A stretch of DNA of 64,000 nt from Bugula neritina (taxonomy: Eukaryota; Animalia; Bryozoa). Both the position numbers and the translations under genes were made by a program. Shown in pieces: positions 36,020-45,800 of the stretch. The stretch lies in contig OZ037766.1 of NCBI GenBank assembly GCA_964035545.1, positions 12,452,722 through 12,516,721 of the forward strand, given 5' to 3'. The first letter of the stretch is position 1. Every line of letters starts with the position of its first letter. Under the pieces are notes generated by a model, which saw only the letters and a list, made by a program, of their open reading frames with translations, had not been told where the DNA came from and did no database searches.

Positions 36020-36851
36020 CTAAATATAGCTACTAGCAACCTCTAGTTGTCAAGTCATTCTCTCCAACCGGTAAGTACAACAAGACATATAAAAAGGCAC
36101 CAGGTTACAGTTAATACTGTGCTGGGAAATCTAGCCACAAGATTGTGTTATTGGCATAAATTAGAGCACGAGGCTACAGCTGAAAGATTAATATAACTGC
36201 AGGATTTAGTGTCATTTGAGGACATGACTAAAGAAAACAGAATCCTGTTCCAACTAAGTAGTTATTGATTCAATTAAAAATGTTTGTGAATGTAGTAATT
36301 ATTAACCTCAATCTTATTTCTTTTTAGGCCAATCCCAAGAATCTCTATTCTAAGAAATCACACCAAGCTGACATTCTTACTAAATTTTGTATAGACTATG
36401 GTTTGTCCTTCAGATGGAACATTGCCACAAGCAAATAGCAAGATCGAAGTGAATAATTAGGAAGACAAAATTTGTTGTATAGTATTTATATTGTAGTTTT
36501 ATTTCTCAGCATTCGTTAAAGATTGTTAAGTTGATTTTGTTTTGTTCTATGATACTCTTCTCAAAAATTTAGGCAGTTAGTATATTAACCATTAAATTAT
36601 TTTTTTTTGTAGTACTATATCTAACCAGGTTATCTAAAACTGGCTATGAAACTGCCAGCAATGAAATATTTATAATTGAAAGTTATAGCCTCTATACTTT
36701 TGTTCCTTGACATCTCATGTAATATTTTAATTATTAAAATACAAAAGATAACTAAATTCAACATCATTTTATTGAATTATAAATGTAGAAATTTATGACA
36801 GCGCAAAAAGCAGCAGCAAATACTAGCAAACAAATGATTAGCTTATGAAAC

Positions 36852-39800
36852 TCATGGATAGAAGGGCGTTTTGTGATAAATTTTGTCTTTAGAAAAAGCA
36901 TTTCTGACATGGTAGGGAGCATATGGATCATTCGGATAATGCCTGTGCCTTTTCCAGTATTTTCCAACCATTCGCTCCAGTAACCAGCTCTGCCTCTTGG
37001 TACAGAGCACATGTGTTTTCATTCTATGACGCTGAGTCTTACTTTTCCGCCACAAATGTTTATGTCTACCAGATCTGGTTCTTATCCATAAGCCACATCC
37101 TAGCCTCTTGAATCGCTCAGTAACAGCAGCGACGGTCTTTGGTCGTGCAGATTTATATGATTGATATACTCGAGTTCTAACTTGTTCCTTTTGCACAAGT
37201 CTGTTTACAAACCTGCAAACAAAATCAAACCCGCTGAGCATTTCATTTGATGGAATACAGGCTAATGCAAACAATTTAGCAGCTAGATATTATAATTTAT
37301 ACCTTACTTTTTGATAGGTAGAGATAAATTTAATGCACTACACCCACCAGTGCTGAGCATGCACAAAAAAGTGAAGTTGTCTAGCTTACATACAAACTTT
37401 AAAAAGGAAAAATTTAAACAGCGCTGACCAACTAAAGCAAATATTGGACACAAACCATGCCTACTTTATCTGATGTCACAGGTTTTTGAAACTAGAAAGA
37501 CTTTTTTGAAGAGCATTCACATGGCTTTAAAGCATAAGTACCTATTCTACTATTCAGTCAATCAAAATGATGATGTTTAATAATCAATTTCTTATAAAAT
37601 AGGAGTTGTCTGTACCATCTATGTCCTATAATAACAATAGCCAACCCCTCCTCTATTAACAACATTAGCAGGATTAGACAACTGACATGATGGTAGGCAG
37701 GCAAAGTTCAATTTACAAATATATGGAACTTCAGTGAACAACTGGCACAGTACCAAGCTTACAGCCAAACAAATCATTGCCAATTCATTTCTAAGGTAAA
37801 ATTAATAAACAGATCATCAATCAACCAAAGTAAATAAGTACCTGGAATATATGCCATATTCTACAGCTTTACTTTGCAATGGCATTAATTTCTCAATTTG
37901 TAAAGAGGGTTTTATTTGTGTTGTAGCAACAGAAAGAAATCTATATGGAACTTTAGTCAACTGCTGTGGCAGGATGCAGTTACAGCTTCCAGATGCCAGC
38001 CCTCTTATCACAGCTACAAATATAATAATCACTAGTCAAAACATAAAAGAAATTGTTTTTTTTTATTAGAAAATGTTGTGCATGTAAAAAAACAGTTATA
38101 AAAACGAAATATTATGAAGATATATACTCCTGCAATACAGACTTATGTCAATTTCTCAAAATTAAAACTTTAAATTGAAAGCACATAAAGCTATTATAAA
38201 CATGTAACTTGAATTATAATAAAAATATTTAATTAATCTCATTTAATGCCCAAACAGTGCTTTCAACCAAGAAAAATCAATGTAGGTTCACAAAGACCAA
38301 TTTTGATTTTGAGCTCAAATGCAATATTGACTTATTTCAGCTGTTCCAACACAAATATTTTTAACATATTGTTGGCAAACACAATACAATATTAAAAATC
38401 TCAGCAGTACTAGTGAATACTAAGTAATTACTACCTAAAGTCTTAGCTCATTTTGAAAAAAAAAACCATTAGATTAAATAAATTATGATGCTTTTAAATA
38501 AAAAAAACTTAAGCTGGAAAATAACATAGTATCCCTGTTTGACATTGCTGAAAAAGTCTCAAGCTACACAAAACAAAGTACAGAAATAGTTTTTAATTTA
38601 GTAACTACTCACTGTTCTAGTTTTTGTTATTTTATTGTTCAGTATGTCGCCATCTGAAAATTGTGATAATATATGAAAACACTAGTAAAAATGCTTTAAT
38701 CAGATTTTTACCTTGTAGTGTGTGTGTGTTCGCGCATATTATTTATAAATTTTGATTGCTAATTATGGTTTGAGTAAACACTAAAGCAAGAAATTACAGA
38801 GATTTTATTACCAAATATACAATATGTGAATTTTTTTGCAAAGAAAATCTTATGTATTGAGAACCTAGAAGAATGTGTGGCCAATTTTGGCTATTCTTAT
38901 TTTCGATTGTTTTATGTCTTTCCAACTTTTGCAAATAGTATACGAAAACAACAGTGCAGCAATAACTAGCTAGTTATCACAACCAAACAGGTTGTATGTC
39001 AGCAGGAGAGAAGGCAGCAGAAAAATGATGTCAGCTGAATAATATGTAAGAATAAATGAATACAGCTTGTCAGATTACATCAATAGGACAGGTATAGATA
39101 TTAGATGGAGACACCATACTGAATAACTTCTGAAGGAAAAAACTGCAGTAAACCCAAAAACGAAGAAGTGATGAGAAAACTAATGGATGGCAAGATAAAG
39201 ACTCTACATTCAGTACTTTAGAAAAGTGGAAGAAATAAACAAAATATCCGATAAGAACTGGTTAAAATCTATTTCATTGAAAATGAGAAATGAAGACTAT
39301 AAATTAGAGAACTTTAGCTGCTTAGGATCACCTACTCCCTACCAGAAATTCCAAGATAGTCACAATGAGGGAACATTGCAGCAATAAGTGTTGGGTGTGT
39401 AATGCGAGTGATGAAACTATGATGCATATACTTGGGTAATGTGAAAAGCTAGCACAAGACTGTAAAAAGGAATACGGTTATGTGGTTTCATAATTCACTG
39501 AGAATTGGTTCGACGGCCTAGCAGAATCAGTAATGGAAAGTGACAACACAAGGATATTGTGGGATTCCAACAGAAACACTGACATAGAAGATAGGTGACC
39601 TGATAATGTGACAGCCGACAAGCACAATGTGAAAGCATTGATCATATACTAAGACCTAGCATTGGAATTGACCCATCTTTAGGAAACACCAACAAAAGTG
39701 TTTTGCCATATTAATTGGAACTCCAATATTATGGCGATGAATTTCGTTGACATTTTCTAAAGGTGGGTAAATTCCAGTGCCAGGTTCTAATTTTTGCAAT

Positions 39801-42800
39801 CTTCTCGGATTCTTTCTTTTTCACCTAGCAGTGAGCAGGAGTAGCAATACTAAATTGCACTGACTGGAGTAGCTGATAACAAATGCACATCGATTCGAAA
39901 CTTGGTTTCACTAGCCCTAGGGTCAGCTCACATCTCCATCTCAAGATAAGTTTGATTCATCCCAGCCTAGTAGATTTAGACTGATGGTAGAATACAACAC
40001 CAGCAAAAAGCTGTGTTACAACCAATAGTTATAAAAATAAACTATAATAATTTACGATTCACCAACACTATAGAGTAATACTCAGACATAGCAAATGTGA
40101 TAGGTACACTTATTTAGTTATCAATTAATACTGATACTCGTGATTACCGACTTTAAGCAATTATCCTCAACCGATCAGTAATTCTAAATCAATTCAAGAT
40201 GAAGGTATGTTTGCATAAGAATTTTATAAATTAAAATTGTTTGAGCATCAGCATACAACCCTCAAACAGACTGTAGAACCAGAAGAAGATGATAGTATAA
40301 CTAGTAACTACAAGTAATTTAGTTAAGACTATTACTATTGTGGTGGCTCGTGGAGCTACCAGCAACACAATACGCAAGGTTGCGTATTGACCCGGAACAA
40401 TGTATTAGCCAATTAGCTAGGCTGTTTTATAAGTAATAGTAGCCGCTTCGCGCTACTAGTTCAGTTGAGGATAGTGCTGTAAATTAAATAGACGTGCGTA
40501 TCATTACTGTTGTACATTGGATTTTATTATGTATTCTTGTATTAAAATATAACGATATCTACTCGACTTAACTCGGTGAAGTTTCTCTAGTGATAAATAG
40601 ACTCTCTTGGTGGCACATCAACCCTAAATCTGGAAATCATAACAGTGGTGGCAGCGGTGGGATAGTGTATATCAAAGATGGAGACTGAAAATGCTAGAAT
40701 GCAACCACCCCCAGTAGAAGGTGAGCGTAGAAATGCTATTAATCCTGTGAATCGTGAGGGAGAAGAAGCTTATAGACATTGCTTGAAAGCTCCCACCTTT
40801 ACTGGGTCGGAAGATGTCGAACAATTTATACAAGAATTTAGAGAGGTAATGGAGGTTGCTCAATGGCCGCATAGAGTGGCCCTTATTCAATTGCGGAGAG
40901 CGGTGACGGAGCAAGCCAAGCTGTACGGAGTGGGAACGGACGTAGACGGCATACTGGCTGCGCTGCGGGCCCGTTTTGGCATCTCCGCAATAGACGCTAG
41001 GACCAAGCTGGAGAGATTGTGCCGCACCCCGCGGACCTCGCTGCAAGAACATGCCGCGACGGTGAAGAAGTTGGCGCAGATTGCGTATAGCGATCTGCCA
41101 GCACAACACCAAGAGCGTTACACCTATGACGCCTTTGTCCAGTCACTAAACGACCTGGGCTTACACCATCAACTACGAGCTAAAGGGATAACCAGAATAG
41201 AGGATGCCCTGAAGGCTGGAGAAGCTTACCTGTTGGCTACCCAAATGCATCAAGCACGACGGAACCCACCAGTAGTTGAAGTCAGCGCTGCCAGGGCTAC
41301 AACAAGCCCCGAAGCCCCCCCGCTAGAAGCCGAAGTGGACCGTATGGTAGAGATGCTGGGACAACTGGTAACCATTCTGGCCGGTGCTGGCCCCGGTCAA
41401 GCCCTGCGGGTGCCCCCAACGCCTGTGGGGCAGGGTTGGAGTAGCGCTGATCAGGACCAGGGACAGAAAGGACGACCCCAATACCAGGGGGCAATAAACT
41501 GTCACGGCCCGCGGACACTCTCCCTCGCCGCGGGCCGCAACTGAAGGAGTATGGTGGGACACGCCGTCGTCTGTCCGTACGGACACGACGGAACACTCCA
41601 CCCGAGTGGCAGGTACCACGCAGGACTAGTAGGCCCGCACAACGGCCGAGTAGCTTCTCCCTGCCACTCGCTAACCGGTTCCACCGGTTACCTCGGGAAG
41701 AGGAGCCCGCCACTGAAATGGAGCCAGAAGGCCCAGTGGAGAGCCCCAAACCCCGCCGGCATCAACCTCGCCGCCGGAAGCCCCGTAAACCACGGGTGAA
41801 ACCCCCGCCGTCCTGTCAATTTAGGACAGCACATGCGGGGGGGGTGAAAGTACAACCACATGGAGAGAGCTATTTCCTACCCGGAAAGGTGGCCGGCAAC
41901 GCCGTCACTTTCCTGCTCGACTCCGGTTGTACTACCAACCTTCTCAGTCGTAGAGTCTTTGAGGCACTGCCCCGCCGGGACAGGGATAGAGTACGACCGT
42001 ATACTGGGGAACATGGCACCCTGGCAGACGGGTCATGTATTCCCTTTTATGGTATTATCGAGCTCCCTGGGCGTGTCAGAGACCAGGCTGTACAGGAGAC
42101 CTTTGTCATAGGCCAACTGGAGGAAGATGCTATCCTCGGAATGCCCTTCTTGAAGCAACACCAGTGCCGAATAGACTTTAGTAAGTCGGTGGTGCTGATG
42201 GGCGGGCGAGAACTCGCCTGTGTGGATAAGTTTGGGCGTCCTCTGGTGGGCGGTGTTCAGGTAGTTCGAAACTGCACCGTACCCGGACGCTCCAGAGCTA
42301 CTATCCACTGCCGAGTGAACAGCAACCGGATAGCCAGGCTCGGGGTCGTTGAAGGCGCGCACGAAAGGATCCAACTCGCCAGTAGTTTAAACCGACTAAC
42401 TGAGCGAGGGGAGGTCTTAGTGCAGTGTGTCAACCCCTTTACCGAGCCCATTGAGCTCCCAGCTGGGTCAATGCTGGGCCGGTTCCACTCCGTCCAGGAA
42501 GAGGACGTGGGCCCGTCGCTGGGTGATGCGACGGAGGCACCCCCTCAGTGCCCTACTCAGGGACGGGGGGCAGTCCCAACACATCTCCGGGAGTTATACG
42601 AAACAGCCAGTGGCGGCTGCGCGAGTAACAGAGAACGCCAAGCTATGGCTAAGTTACTACGCGACTACGGTGATGTGTTCAGCAGCGGAGAGCATGACGT
42701 GGGACTGACTGGAATTGTCAGACACGAAATACCGCTGACTGCAGGGACAGTCCCTGTCCGGCAGCCCACACGCAGGCTGGGGCCGGAGAAAGAGAAGGAG

Positions 42801-45800
42801 GTTAGCCGACAAGTACGGGATCTTCTGGACCGGGGACTGATAGAGCCCGCCCATAGCGCGTGGAGCTCGCCAGTCGTACTGGTCCGGAAGAAAGACGGCA
42901 GTTGGCGGTTCTGTGTGGACTACCGCAAACTCAATAGCGTAACCATACAGGACGCCTACCCTCTACCTCGTATTGACGAGTCATTGGACGCCCTAGCCGG
43001 CAGCAAGTACTTCAGTACGTTAGACTTGCTCAGCGGCTATTGGCAGGTTCCTCTGAGTCCCGACGCCCAAGAGAAAGCGGCGTTTATCACACGGGACGGT
43101 TTGTGGAAGTGGAAGGTGCTGCCCTTCGGGTTAACCTCCGCCCCAGCCACCTTCCAGAGGCTGATGGAACAAGTCCTTAGCGGACTCCATTGGAAGACAC
43201 TGCTGGTCTACCTCGATGATGTCATCGTAATCTCTCCAGACTTCGAGACACATGTCAGTCGTCTGCAGGAGGTTTTCGAGAGACTCCGAGGTGCCGGTCT
43301 TAAGCTCAAACCTTCCAAGTGCGCTCTATTGCAGCCGGAGGTCAAGTACCTGGGGCACGTTGTCGGTCGAAACGGCGTGGCAACGGATCCCGAAAAGGTA
43401 CGGGCAGTAGAAGACTGGGTCACCCCCCAAGACTTGACCGGACTCCGGGCTTTCTTGGGGCTGGTAGGGTATTACAGGCAATACATACCAGACTTTGCGG
43501 GCATAGCCCAGCCGTTAAACCGGCTCACCGCAAAGGGAGTGACGTGGCAGTGGACTCCAGTCGAACAAGGAGCGTTCGACCGCCTCAAGGGCTGCCTACT
43601 AACGGCGCCCATCTTGGCCTACCCAGACCCCACTCTGGAGTACATCCTTGACACGGACGCCAGTGACCAGAATGTTGGCGCTGTGCTGTCGCAAGTGCAG
43701 GAAGGCCGAGAGGTAGTAGTAGCCTACTACAGCAAGTCTCTCTCACCCGCTGAACGAAATTACTGCACTACCCGCAAGGAGCTGCTGGCAGTAATCAAGT
43801 CAGTGAAGCACTTCAGACCATACCTATATGGCAGGAAGTTCCGGCTGCGTACGGATCATGCCTCGCTGATCTGGTTGTGCAGGAGAGCAGAGCCCTCTAG
43901 TCAGGTCGCCCGGTGGCTCGAAATCCTAGCTGAATTCTCGTACCGGATCGAACACCGACCGGGCAAGAGACACAGCAATGCGGATGGGTTGAGTCGCCGA
44001 CCTGACGGAGGTTGCAAACAGTGTCTCAACATCGAGAGGAGGGATGGAGGTCCCCCACGATGCGAGTTGGAGACGCTGGCTCATCACGGAGCACCGTTTG
44101 ATTGGGATCAAGGTCAACTCAGGCAAAGAGTTGATGAGTCCCCGGAGGATGTACAAAACCTCCGCGCCAACCCTGTACTGGCCGGTAATGTTCGAGAGCT
44201 GAAGAAGCTCCAAGAAGAGCTGCCTGGAGTCGTGGCAGACATATACCGGGCCAAAAGGGAAGGGCGACGACCCAGCGAGGAACGCATACGACAGGGATGC
44301 GCCGAGTTCCGGCTATACTGTCAGCGTTGGGACTCGCTGCGGATCGGGCAGGATGGGTTGCTAACCATCTCTCTAGCTGCCAGCGGCAGACACCCGGAAA
44401 GGAAGAGGGTAGTCTGCCCCACGGCCATCCGCCGTGAGTTGATTTGGGATACTCACAAACAGGCCCACGCAGGGGTCAAGAGAGTGATATCCAAATTACG
44501 ACTCCGGTGGTATTGGCCGCAGATGGAGCGTGACGTCCGGCTCAGAGTCAAACAGTGTGAGATCTGCCAGGCCAGTAAGCATAGCCGCCCCCCTGGTGAA
44601 GCAGGACGGCGGAGGCTATATGCTGGTAGGCCCTGGCAAGTAGTCGCTGTAGACCTGGTCGGACCCATGCCCCTGACCCCCAGAGGCAATAATTGGATAC
44701 TAGTACTAACCGACCACTTTACTAGGTGGGCGGACGCTCTGGCTATCCCAGATGCATCAGCCCCAACAGTGGCCAGGGCGCTAGACCAACATGTATTCTG
44801 TTATTTTGGGCTTCCCGAACAGATACACTCTGATCAAGGCGCTCAATTCCAGTCTCAACTGATGAGCGACCTTTGCCACCTCTGGGGAGTAAATCAGAGC
44901 AGGACCACCCCCTACCACCCTCAAGGTGACGGGGTGGTGGAGCGCAACAACCGGATGCTAGGTGATGCACTCCGGAGTCTCCTCCTTGGACGAGGTCAAG
45001 AGGAATGGGATACGGTGTTGCCGCAAGTCATGCGTGCATACCGTAGCACCCCACACACCAGTACCGGTGAGACCCCAAACCTCTTGATGCTCGGGAGAGA
45101 GACTCGTGTCCCTGACCATCTCACCTATCACGTTCCAGAGCAAGACAACTCAGTTCACGAGTATGCCAGTGAACTAGTGGAACGGATGAAGGCCGCACAC
45201 GATATACTGCGTCAACAGCAGTGGAAGGTGCGGCACGAAGATTCCGATGAACCACCTCTCTATCAAACGGGAGATAAGGTGTGGATGGTCAATTACCGTA
45301 GGCGTCGCGGACAGGCTGATAAACTGAAGCCTAAGTTCGTAGGCCCCTACGTGGTCGTCGAGGCTATGCCCAATCATACGTACAAGATTGAGCGCTCAGG
45401 ACAGGTGTCTATCCAGAATGAGTCTCGCTTGAAACCGTATTGGGCTAGCCCTGACGGAGTGGGAGAAGCCCCCCCGTTGTTAGAGCCCAGGAGGCAGACA
45501 ACGACGCGCGGGCGACGGCGGCATGGACCTGAATACGAAGTGGTCATACCGCGGGAGGAAAACTTGGTGAGAGAGGAGCGGCAGCTTTTGTCAACAGAAG
45601 CGTGTCCGCCACCGCCAAGTCTAATTCCATCACTTCCAGAAACCGAGCCGGTTCCGGAAGTGCAAACCCCCACGGAGGGAGGGGCTCCATCCGGAGAACA
45701 AGAAGAGGTGACCGCTAACGGTGAAGTAGAGACGCCATTAGAGGCCCCTACTAACGAACCGGCAAGCGTGTCACCCCCCCTAGAAAGGGGACAGCGTACG

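Noticed and set aside
38500-38740. Closer candidate first exons for MRPL35 (ATGGCGACATACTGA; ATGTCAAACAGG; ATGCGCGAACAC)
   Set aside because: They hit stops or lack a good phase-1 donor; 48181-48154 has a proper donor, correct phase and a presequence-like peptide.
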